Of a stretch of 64,000 nucleotides of DNA, positions 1 to 7,390 are shown one piece after another (the first letter of the stretch is position 1; each line of letters opens with the position of its first letter). The notes beneath the pieces are model-generated. The model was not told where the DNA came from, searched no databases, and saw only the letters and a list, made by a program, of their open reading frames with translations. Source of the DNA: a virus. Taxonomy: Duplodnaviria > Heunggongvirae > Uroviricota > Caudoviricetes. The position numbers and the translations under genes are program-made. The DNA lies in IMG/VR virus record IMGVR_UViG_3300032257_000002, positions 1-64,000 of that record; one strand, given 5' to 3'.

Positions 1-582
1 CAACGATTGTAGTAGCACGACCGTCGATATATGGAAGTTTGTGGGAGTGAAGTTCTTTGTTCAGTACAAGTTGTAGTGTAGCTTGACGTACATCGAGTGT
101 AGAACGATTGAGTTCATCCAGGAATAGTACCGAGTGACGAGACTTCGTACAGCTAACTGTTGAGTCTTTTGACAAGATGTGAAAATAGTCATTTACTTTA
201 TCGTAGTAGTTACAGTAAAGTTCATTGAATGTTTCACGATTTACAGTAGTTGATAACTGTTCTTTGGCAAACTTTTCGAAGTCAGCGTCTGCGAATACGA
301 TGTCTTCTAAGTTGACTGATGTAGGCCATGCACGATTGATAATACGTGAATACCAGTCTGGTGCACTCCATACAGTAGATTGCATACCTGCGATGTTTGC
401 AGTACGAGGAATACCGATAAGGTCACCAGTATCCATCATAGACAAGAAGAGCTCTTCTAGATGATAGTTGTTTTCTTTAGCGAACTGTTGAACAATGGCG
501 GATTTTCCGATACCGTGCTTTCCTTCGAAAAGGGCTGTGTCATCTGCAAGATGAGATGCTGTAAGTAATTGTAGGGCTTGAG
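1..582 (-). CDS. AAA+ ATPase, MoxR/AAA_5-like (N-terminal portion; 3' end of gene runs past window start)
   Basis: Minus-strand ORF starting at ATG (CAT 580-582) with AAGGAAAC RBS. It translates MNIPQALQLLTASHLADDTALFEGKHGIGKSAIVQQFAKENNYHLEELFLSMMDTGDLIGIP, with Walker A GKHGIGKS. It is absent from the ORF track because it is open-ended. Confidence 0.65.
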
Positions 583-635
583 GGATATTCATTGGTGTTT
601 CCTTTTTAATAAATTTGGGTTAGCGAAATGCGGGA

Positions 636-989
636 CTAAGAGTTTGAGTAATAATGTTTTTCAGCAATGTTTAAGATGAACTGAGAAACAATAAGTGTTG
701 CCGAATAGGCTATAGCTAGAATAAGATGTCCAGTATATAACAATACTGCTAATAGAGATAAATATATAACTAGATCGATGTACTTCTTGTATGGGTAATA
801 ATATATAGGAGTATCTTCAAGTATAGGCGTAATTACTTTTAAGAATGGTAAAAGAATAATTCCTATAACAGCAGTAATCCAAAACAAGCTGACAAGTAGA
901 AATGAGATTATAGTCCATTGGTATATATGTGAAGCCAGTAGCAGTCCTATAAGAAGGCTGTTGATAAGTAAATGTGTTTTAAAATCCAT
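636..989 (-). CDS. hypothetical membrane protein (multi-TM, 117 aa)
   Basis: ORF track; the whole product is highly hydrophobic. Confidence 0.5.
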   Translation of the reverse strand: MDFKTHLLINSLLIGLLLASHIYQWTIISFLLVSLFWITAVIGIILLPFLKVITPILEDTPIYYYPYKKYIDLVIYLSLLAVLLYTGHLILAIAYSATLIVSQFILNIAEKHYYSNS

Positions 990-997
990 TGAATTCC

Positions 998-1270
998 TTA
1001 AATATAAATTTCTGGAAATAGTGTTGGTGGTAGTACTAATTTCTGTACATCAGTAGCTGGTATTGATTTATCTGGTGTAGCTATTTTAAGTGCAAAGTCA
1101 TGTAATGGGGACCAAAAGCTATGACCTTCTTTAGTGGATATCCATTCGAATATATCGATAATAGCCATTACATTCCATGTTTTTTCTGTACGTAAAATAA
1201 CATTTTGTTGAAATTGTGGATACCAGTCTTGAGTCTTAGCCCAATCTAGTTGCTTCTGTAGTTCTTCCAT
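998..1270 (-). CDS. small protein of the C-terminal 'PE-tail' family (ends ...FPEIYI)
   Basis: ORF track; start overlaps the upstream stop (TAATG); shared C-terminal motif. Confidence 0.55.
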   Translation of the reverse strand: MEELQKQLDWAKTQDWYPQFQQNVILRTEKTWNVMAIIDIFEWISTKEGHSFWSPLHDFALKIATPDKSIPATDVQKLVLPPTLFPEIYI

Positions 1271-1515
1271 TAGATCTCCAATTCTGGGTAGTGTGCTTTA
1301 ACGTAACTGATTAAAATATTTTGACGATCTTCTCCGTTTTTACAGGAGAATTCACAAATTTGGCACGGGATGTCATTACACATAGCAGAGTAGGTAGTAT
1401 TGTCTTCGGTACTTGTGACTAAGACATGATAACTGAATGTAAGGTCTTCATCTACAAGCTGTTCAGCTTTTGTGAATACGTGAAATGGGTAGTCTAGTTT
1501 GTTTGGTGGTTTCAT
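1270..1515 (-). CDS. small Cys-rich protein, PE-tail family (ends ...HYPELEI; C-x4-C-x2-C-x3-C)
   Basis: ORF track; ATGA/TAATG coupling with its neighbours. Confidence 0.55.
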   Translation of the reverse strand: MKPPNKLDYPFHVFTKAEQLVDEDLTFSYHVLVTSTEDNTTYSAMCNDIPCQICEFSCKNGEDRQNILISYVKAHYPELEI

Positions 1516-1730
1516 ATTAGTGTCTCTGGATAGTGTTTTAAGATGTCGGATAATGGAGCTACTGGAAATAGGTTGTTAATGTTATAGTAACCTTCACCTT
1601 CATAATCTTCATAATCATCAGAGTGAAAATCATATGCTTCAGTCTTGTTCTGTATTGAGTAAATGACTGTAAAACGATCAGGGTTAGAACGTACTTGGCA
1701 GAAGTAAGGTAGGTTTTTGGTCCAATTCAT
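1512..1730 (-). CDS. small acidic protein, PE-tail family (ends ...HYPETLI)
   Basis: ORF track; 4-nt overlap with the downstream gene. Confidence 0.55.
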   Translation of the reverse strand: MNWTKNLPYFCQVRSNPDRFTVIYSIQNKTEAYDFHSDDYEDYEGEGYYNINNLFPVAPLSDILKHYPETLI

Positions 1731-1738
1731 GATAATCC

Positions 1739-2020
1739 TTAAATGAAATATTCTGGGTGAGTGATTTTTAAAGCTTGGAATTCAGGTTGATTTTCAAGAG
1801 CTTCAAATAACAAAGTTCTACAGTTATCATCAGATGTGTATAATGGGCATTCACTGCAGTCTAAATTTCCGCACGTAAAACTTTTTAATACAGTTGGAGG
1901 TTTATGAGGTATTAATGATGTTTTATAAATAAATGCACCACCACTAGCCTTGAATGGTGTATCGTAGATGTCTACTGATCTTCCATTAAACGTAGTGGTT
2001 AGGAGTAGATTACTTTTCAT
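1739..2020 (-). CDS. small Cys-rich protein, PE-tail family (ends ...THPEYFI; C-x4-C-x2-C)
   Basis: ORF track; stop followed by GGATTATC-ATG RBS of the next gene. Confidence 0.55.
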   Translation of the reverse strand: MKSNLLLTTTFNGRSVDIYDTPFKASGGAFIYKTSLIPHKPPTVLKSFTCGNLDCSECPLYTSDDNCRTLLFEALENQPEFQALKITHPEYFI

Positions 2021-3242
2021 TCTTCAGTTTGATAGCGGACATACGGCCTGCGTTCATTGAATCCATAATCTGACCTTCACTAGTAATAAGCCAAATGATA
2101 GGCTTATTAGTAGCTTTGTATGCAGCAACGTCAGACTCATCAATGTAACCATCGGTGATAACCACGATAACTGTAGCGTTGATCTTCGCTTCTTTAAGTT
2201 TAGCGATTGCAGGTGATAGAGTAGTTCCTCCGCAAGCCGAACGTTTGAAGGTTCGCTGTGAGCGCTTAAGAATATGTGGTTTATGAGCTTGTGTGTCTAC
2301 TGGAACATACCATACTTCAGTACCTAGTGATTTACAGATATGTATACATTCACCGATAGCGGATACTAGTTCAGTGTTGGATACAGAACCTGATTCATCT
2401 CCGACAATAACAGGATCAGCTATGTGATCTTTTGTTTTACCTTTGATGTGCTCGAAGTTTGGATTACGTCGATCTCTACGAAGGATGGTTTTTCGGAAAT
2501 TGGCTTTCTTATTAGACACGTAACGTTTAAATTTTTTCTTCCAGTCAACTTCTGACTTGCGAGAGAACATGTTAAGGTAGTCAGAAATTTGGCCAGGTAC
2601 ATCACCACGTGATTTTTGAGTTTCATTAACTGCCTTTTCGATCATGTTTCGAGTAATATCTTTTTGGAGATCTGCGTCACCCTCTGATTCTTGCCATTTA
2701 GAGTGATCATCTAATGGTCCAGGTTTTCCAGTTCCAGGTCCAGTTTGTTCATCGTCTTCAGGTAACTGATCTTTGTCGATGTATTCGTAGTATTGTTCGC
2801 CGGATAATTTATCAGGAACCTTAGTCTTACTAGGTAAGGTAGCAGGTATGATACAGCCTTGTGGTAAATGTTTTTGATCAATGAGCTGATTGATAGCACA
2901 GTCTGTAGCGTAGTTCCAAGCCTTGTGGTTTCGGTCTTCTTTTCGACCTACATGACCATTAAGTATGTGTAGCATTTCGTGCTTCAGTACGGCTAGTCTT
3001 TCTTCAAGTGTGAACTCATCGAAGAGCTCTGGATTGATGTGTAGTTTGTAGTGATCTAAGTGAAAAGATACAGCAGCTGGTGCTTTCATACGTTCAAGTA
3101 CTATAGAGCATTGTCCGATCATATGGCCGTAAAATACATAAGTGGTTTGATAACTGTCGCCAGAAAACATGTTAGCTAGTGCTTCGTTTAATTTTTCTCT
3201 ACTTAAAGGTTTTTGGGTGGTATTTTTTTGTTCATTTTCCAT
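2010..3242 (-). CDS. VWA-domain protein with N-terminal HExxH zincin-like domain (DUF2201-like), partner of the MoxR-type ATPase
   Basis: HEMLH zincin motif at aa ~88-92. C-terminal vWA MIDAS-like DESGSVS...TDG. Immediately upstream of the AAA+ gene. Confidence 0.7.
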   Translation of the reverse strand: MENEQKNTTQKPLSREKLNEALANMFSGDSYQTTYVFYGHMIGQCSIVLERMKAPAAVSFHLDHYKLHINPELFDEFTLEERLAVLKHEMLHILNGHVGRKEDRNHKAWNYATDCAINQLIDQKHLPQGCIIPATLPSKTKVPDKLSGEQYYEYIDKDQLPEDDEQTGPGTGKPGPLDDHSKWQESEGDADLQKDITRNMIEKAVNETQKSRGDVPGQISDYLNMFSRKSEVDWKKKFKRYVSNKKANFRKTILRRDRRNPNFEHIKGKTKDHIADPVIVGDESGSVSNTELVSAIGECIHICKSLGTEVWYVPVDTQAHKPHILKRSQRTFKRSACGGTTLSPAIAKLKEAKINATVIVVITDGYIDESDVAAYKATNKPIIWLITSEGQIMDSMNAGRMSAIKLKNEK

Positions 3243-3943
3243 AATGCCTCCTGTGCATAGTTAATAGGATTTTTAATCAGTATTTCTGAATTACTGGTAT
3301 GTTTAAATATTTTACTGCCTTTATACTTATATTGGTGTAAGTTTTTTAATAGCAGCTTTTCAAGGGTCCAAGCATCTTCTCCATTAAAAAAATGTTGTTC
3401 AAAAATTATTTTATAGCTAGTTCCTTCTTGCTTATACCTTTCGTTTATTTGACGAGAAGTAATCCCTATTTTATATTTACCAGATTTTGGTAAGTACAAT
3501 ATATAAAAAATAGTTTTTTTATTTTTATAGTACGACTTTCTGTAAGCATTAAAATTTTTATTACAAAGAGGGTAACCTCTACCGCGTATATGGTGAGTGG
3601 CTGCTTGCCAAAAACTTCCATGAGTATTGCAGATAATTTCAACTTTTGTATTACGGTTTACGTATTTTACTTTTGAATAATCATAAATGTTATTATGCTT
3701 TTTAGTAGCTAGTTTTAAGAAATCATTTTTAGTGTTTTTCTTATTTACTTTTATTCGTCCGCATGTTGGGCATCCTTGTTTTTTACCTATATGTGCGTAT
3801 CCTACTTGGTTAAATTTGCCGTGTATGGGGCAAATAATATCATACTTATCACTAATAGTAGTAAAATTTGCTATATTGTAAGTATACTTGTTGTTATGAG
3901 CAATATTAGCTTTTTCAATAAAAGTATCTTTAGTGTATCTCAT
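3203..3943 (-). CDS. putative homing endonuclease (T5orf172/GIY-YIG-like C-terminal domain with duplicated N-terminal CxxC Zn-finger modules)
   Basis: FYILYLPKSGKYKIGITSRQINERY resembles the T5orf172/GIY-YIG core. Two C..H..C-x2-C modules. Very AT-rich and Lys-rich. Confidence 0.5.
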   Translation of the reverse strand: MRYTKDTFIEKANIAHNNKYTYNIANFTTISDKYDIICPIHGKFNQVGYAHIGKKQGCPTCGRIKVNKKNTKNDFLKLATKKHNNIYDYSKVKYVNRNTKVEIICNTHGSFWQAATHHIRGRGYPLCNKNFNAYRKSYYKNKKTIFYILYLPKSGKYKIGITSRQINERYKQEGTSYKIIFEQHFFNGEDAWTLEKLLLKNLHQYKYKGSKIFKHTSNSEILIKNPINYAQEALWKMNKKIPPKNL

Positions 3944-4083
3944 AATAATTCCTTTTTATAAGTATACTAAAAGTAACCTTTAATTTACCTTGTGTTAGCT
4001 AGTGCAGTATCTAGTCCAAGACGAGATAATGGAGCCTGCTTTTCAGCGGATTTTGTTTCGGTAGTTTCGGACATAAAGTCTCC

Positions 4084-4341
4084 TTATATTAGTAGTTCAG
4101 GATGCTGTTTTTCAAATGCTTCCTGATCGAAGGTTTTTAGAAATTCGGCGTATGGCGGGTATCGTGGTTCAAAAAGGCATACGAATTCGTTGTGACCTTT
4201 AAGTTTTGCTTTACAGTCTTTGCATCTATAGTTTATAGGTTCGAGTAATCTACAACTGCTAGTCGTAACATCTTTATCAGAATCTAGTGTATGGTAGACT
4301 TCTTTAAAAAGTTCCATAAAGTTGTCAGGTAATTGTTCCAT
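4084..4341 (-). CDS. small Cys-rich protein, PE-tail family (ends ...KQHPELLI)
   Basis: ORF track; C-terminal motif. Confidence 0.55.
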   Translation of the reverse strand: MEQLPDNFMELFKEVYHTLDSDKDVTTSSCRLLEPINYRCKDCKAKLKGHNEFVCLFEPRYPPYAEFLKTFDQEAFEKQHPELLI

Positions 4342-4349
4342 AGTAAATC

Positions 4350-4592
4350 CTAAATAGTGAGTTCTGGGTAGTCTTCGTAGATTTGTGGAAAAAATGTATA
4401 TAAAGTTAGTTCATGGCTACATTCTTTCTGAATTGGGCATAAGCTACATAAACATCCATTACATTGAGAATAACAACCATTACTTACTACAACATGAAGC
4501 TCATTTCTTTTAAATTCTAAGTCGTCTAAGTCATTAACAGTAGAGTACACGTATAACGGGTAGTTAAGATCGTCTCGTGAATATAAAAGCAT
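4350..4592 (-). CDS. small Cys-rich protein, PE-tail family (ends ...EDYPELTI)
   Basis: ORF track; 8 Cys in 80 aa. Confidence 0.55.
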   Translation of the reverse strand: MLLYSRDDLNYPLYVYSTVNDLDDLEFKRNELHVVVSNGCYSQCNGCLCSLCPIQKECSHELTLYTFFPQIYEDYPELTI

Positions 4593-4599
4593 GTGAATC

Positions 4600-4821
4600 C
4601 TATATAAATAATTCTGGATGAGTGATTTTCAATGATGGGATGTAACGATTAGCGATGATACCTGCGTTTGTAGATATTAGACATTTAGCAGTAATGGTTT
4701 CTAGAAATGGGCAAGTTTCGCAAGGTTGATCATAACAAAAAACTTGAGTAATTTGAGATGGATCGTATACTAAAATACCATCAATGAAGCCTTGTAAGAC
4801 TTCATCTCGAGTAAGTTGCAT
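4600..4821 (-). CDS. small Cys-containing protein, PE-tail family (ends ...KITHPELFI; C-x4-C-x2-C)
   Basis: ORF track; start abuts the upstream stop. Confidence 0.55.
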   Translation of the reverse strand: MQLTRDEVLQGFIDGILVYDPSQITQVFCYDQPCETCPFLETITAKCLISTNAGIIANRYIPSLKITHPELFI

Positions 4822-5258
4822 CAGTAAGCTGGGAAGAAGTTAGTGTCTGCTTTACCAGAGATAGAGTTTTCGATCTTTGCAGATACACGAGTTATCTTTG
4901 CACCACCAGTAGATTTCAGACCAGCTTTCAGTGTTTTGTTATAACGTTTGATATTAGCGATCTTACGTTTATTAACTTTTAGTTTAGCTTCCGGTTGTTC
5001 GATGATCTTGAAAGCGGTATAGTAGTTACGACTTTTCATAGCCATACCGCTGTGAGCTAGTAGGCGATTGATGTTTGAATAAGCATTGACTGTTTTCAAG
5101 CGATCTTGAAGACTGCGCTGATCCATGTCTTTGAGGTATGGAAAGTAACGGGAAAAGCGTTTAACGAATTCGGAAATAGGCATTTCATAACCAGGTTTCA
5201 GTGTTTCACGGTTGCGATATAGAGTAGCGTTAAGACGGCGAACTGTTTGAGAAGTCAT
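4821..5258 (-). CDS. hypothetical basic protein (145 aa)
   Basis: ORF track; Lys/Arg-rich C-terminal half. Confidence 0.5.
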   Translation of the reverse strand: MTSQTVRRLNATLYRNRETLKPGYEMPISEFVKRFSRYFPYLKDMDQRSLQDRLKTVNAYSNINRLLAHSGMAMKSRNYYTAFKIIEQPEAKLKVNKRKIANIKRYNKTLKAGLKSTGGAKITRVSAKIENSISGKADTNFFPAY

Positions 5259-5266
5259 AGGTATCC

Positions 5267-5704
5267 TTAGTTAATGATTTTGGAGATAAGAGATGAAAGA
5301 TCGACACGTTTTGGTTTTATCTCTTGATAAGGTTTGAACATTTTAAACTTTGTACGAGGTTCGCCTTCTAATTTTTCAGCGATCCATTCTAAAGCAATTT
5401 CTTCAGAAATGAAGTCTTTGATTTGGTTATTACTAGTTGTTACAAGAATAACGGTTTTTTCGTAGTCATTGGTCATATTAGGTTCCTTTTTAATTGGTAA
5501 TGATTGAGCTGATTGATTACAATAAGTAAAATCAGTATATGTATAAGCTGTGCTATTACAGCGAACTTTGGATGATAAAGACCCTCTATCATAATAGAAT
5601 AAAGTGCCTTTGTGATTTCCAATGGCTAAATGACCTCTAGATGGCGGACTTCCCCAATTAGGTCTAGTACAAAATTCTCCGTCTTTAAGATCGGTGACTT
5701 TCAT
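5267..5704 (-). CDS. hypothetical protein (145 aa)
   Basis: ORF track; tight spacing in the operon. Confidence 0.5.
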   Translation of the reverse strand: MKVTDLKDGEFCTRPNWGSPPSRGHLAIGNHKGTLFYYDRGSLSSKVRCNSTAYTYTDFTYCNQSAQSLPIKKEPNMTNDYEKTVILVTTSNNQIKDFISEEIALEWIAEKLEGEPRTKFKMFKPYQEIKPKRVDLSSLISKIIN

Positions 5705-6313
5705 CTACTTTACTTCAACTACCGGGATAGACGTTGTAAAGGCTTTGATTTCTTTGTGGATTACACAAGTACAGCCAAGACCTTTTGGAGTCTGTAAGAA
5801 TTTGTTAATTGCTTCAGTAGCTGCTTCTTTTTCTGTAAAATAAGCTGTAGAATTATAAGCTCCAGAAGCGTCGTAAACGACTACTGTGAACTTCGTACGT
5901 TTTTCAAGGTCAGATGGGGAGTCAATAGCTCCGGATAGCAGTGTAGCAAGTAAGATTTCGATTTGTGTTGGCATAGGTGTTTCCTTTATTTGTTGAATTT
6001 GGGCAGGTTGTTCGAAGATATCTTCGTAAGCGACTTTAGTACATTGATCAAGACGTCTATAGTCCTGATCAGCCCATGGATAATAGCGAGTGGAATCAGT
6101 TGTACCGTCGTGGTAAAGATAAGGTTGATGGTTGTTTGGGCGTGCATAAGTTTCATCCTGTGTGTATAAAGCAATAGTATCACATTCTTCTTGAGTCCAA
6201 AGTTTACCGGATCTCTTATAGAAGGCGAATGGATGATGGTGTGGATCTAGTTCTAGCTCTGCTTCATGTACTGGATATTCATCTGGACTATCATGACTAG
6301 TAACAAAATACAT
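5705..6313 (-). CDS. hypothetical protein (202 aa)
   Basis: ORF track. Confidence 0.5.
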   Translation of the reverse strand: MYFVTSHDSPDEYPVHEAELELDPHHHPFAFYKRSGKLWTQEECDTIALYTQDETYARPNNHQPYLYHDGTTDSTRYYPWADQDYRRLDQCTKVAYEDIFEQPAQIQQIKETPMPTQIEILLATLLSGAIDSPSDLEKRTKFTVVVYDASGAYNSTAYFTEKEAATEAINKFLQTPKGLGCTCVIHKEIKAFTTSIPVVEVK

Positions 6314-6431
6314 ATAGTTGTCAGGATCAGCTGAAGCTATCTGTAGATTTGAGAGTGTCTAATCAAAAAATTCTGCACTAATAGAATTTTTGTCTTTAAA
6401 GCGAACTATATCACCGGGTTTGAATGTCATA

Positions 6432-6752
6432 TTATTTCCTTTTTAAATATTTTTTAAAGCGCGCACAACAGATTTTATATTGTGTTTCTCCGTTTCGAAT
6501 AGCATCAGGATCATTAATATAATCTTTATGAGAGTAAGGAATCTTAAAGAACTTTGCTTTAATATGGTATTTGTACGATACCGGAAACTCGATTTTAATA
6601 TGAGTACCACTAATTAAATGTATTAAGAAATGGTATGTAATTTTTTTTCCGTCTATAGAGAGATAAGGCTCTTCGATATAGACAACTGCATCCATACTAA
6701 TAGTTTTACCGTTTTCAAATTCTAGTGCATAAGAATAAGGTAATTTTTTCAT
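6432..6752 (-). CDS. hypothetical protein (106 aa)
   Basis: ORF track. Confidence 0.45.
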   Translation of the reverse strand: MKKLPYSYALEFENGKTISMDAVVYIEEPYLSIDGKKITYHFLIHLISGTHIKIEFPVSYKYHIKAKFFKIPYSHKDYINDPDAIRNGETQYKICCARFKKYLKRK

Positions 6753-6778
6753 GTTGTTCCTTGTATATTAAAACTCAT

Positions 6779-6914
6779 CGTTTTTGTATTTCTGTTTACG
6801 AGAGTAAGTTTTTTTAGATTTAATAGTCTTTGTCTGAAGATTGACTTCACGTTTGTAGTTTTTACAGATAGTGTGGTCACGTTTATTGTAAGATTTGTTA
6901 CTCATAAGATTCCT
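6779..6914 (-). CDS. small very basic protein (45 aa, MSNKSYNKRDHTICKNYKREVNLQTKTIKSKK...)
   Basis: Manual translation. The ATG is preceded by the conserved TAAGGAATCTT RBS. Below the ORF-track size cut-off. Confidence 0.35.
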
Positions 6915-7147
6915 TATATAAAATATTCTGGATATATAGTAGGTAAGTCTTCAATGGAAGAAAAAGAACAAAGTATTTCTGCTTTATGTCTAGTACAGAA
7001 ATTATCTAAGGATTTCCAGTTTTTACAATTACCTATATAAGTAGATGCTGCAATGCAGTCAGGTACAGTAACATTGAATCCTGTAGTGTCATGAACAGTA
7101 TCACAATAAATGTTGTAGCCGTTTTTGTAGGTAACTAGGTGGTACAT
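6914..7147 (-). CDS. 77-aa Cys-containing protein, PE-tail family (ends ...TIYPEYFI); paralog of the next gene
   Basis: ORF track; begins MYHLVTYKNGYNIYCD like its neighbour. Confidence 0.55.
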   Translation of the reverse strand: MYHLVTYKNGYNIYCDTVHDTTGFNVTVPDCIAASTYIGNCKNWKSLDNFCTRHKAEILCSFSSIEDLPTIYPEYFI

Positions 7148-7155
7148 TGTAGTCC

Positions 7156-7389
7156 TTATATAAAATACTCAGGATGTTCTTGTTTTAAAGAACTTACGGA
7201 GTCAAAAGTAGTCAGTATTTTAGGAGTATACGTTTTTTCAAACTGTTCAAATGATTCCCAATCTGGAGTAGAGGATATAGATTGAATGCTGTTAATACAT
7301 TTGTTAAGGGTATAATAAGCACCTGTAGTGTTGTCAGTTACATCACAGTAGACGTTATACGCGTTTAAATAAGTTACTAAATAATACAA
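7156..7389 (-). CDS. 77-aa protein, PE-tail family (ends ...QEHPEYFI); paralog of 6914..7147
   Basis: ORF track; MYYLVTYLNAYNVYCD... aligns along its length with the neighbour. Confidence 0.55.
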   Translation of the reverse strand: MYYLVTYLNAYNVYCDVTDNTTGAYYTLNKCINSIQSISSTPDWESFEQFEKTYTPKILTTFDSVSSLKQEHPEYFI

Positions 7390-7390
7390 T

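Noticed and set aside
225-464. 79-aa plus-strand ORF
   Set aside because: Lies antisense inside the better-supported minus-strand AAA+ ATPase gene (Walker A, RBS). No RBS of its own.
2420-2899. Two short minus-strand ORFs (68 and 62 aa)
   Set aside because: Embedded out of frame within the VWA/zincin gene.
3687-3961. Two plus-strand ORFs (64 and 61 aa)
   Set aside because: Antisense inside the AT-rich homing-endonuclease-like gene. Hydrophobic low-complexity artefacts.
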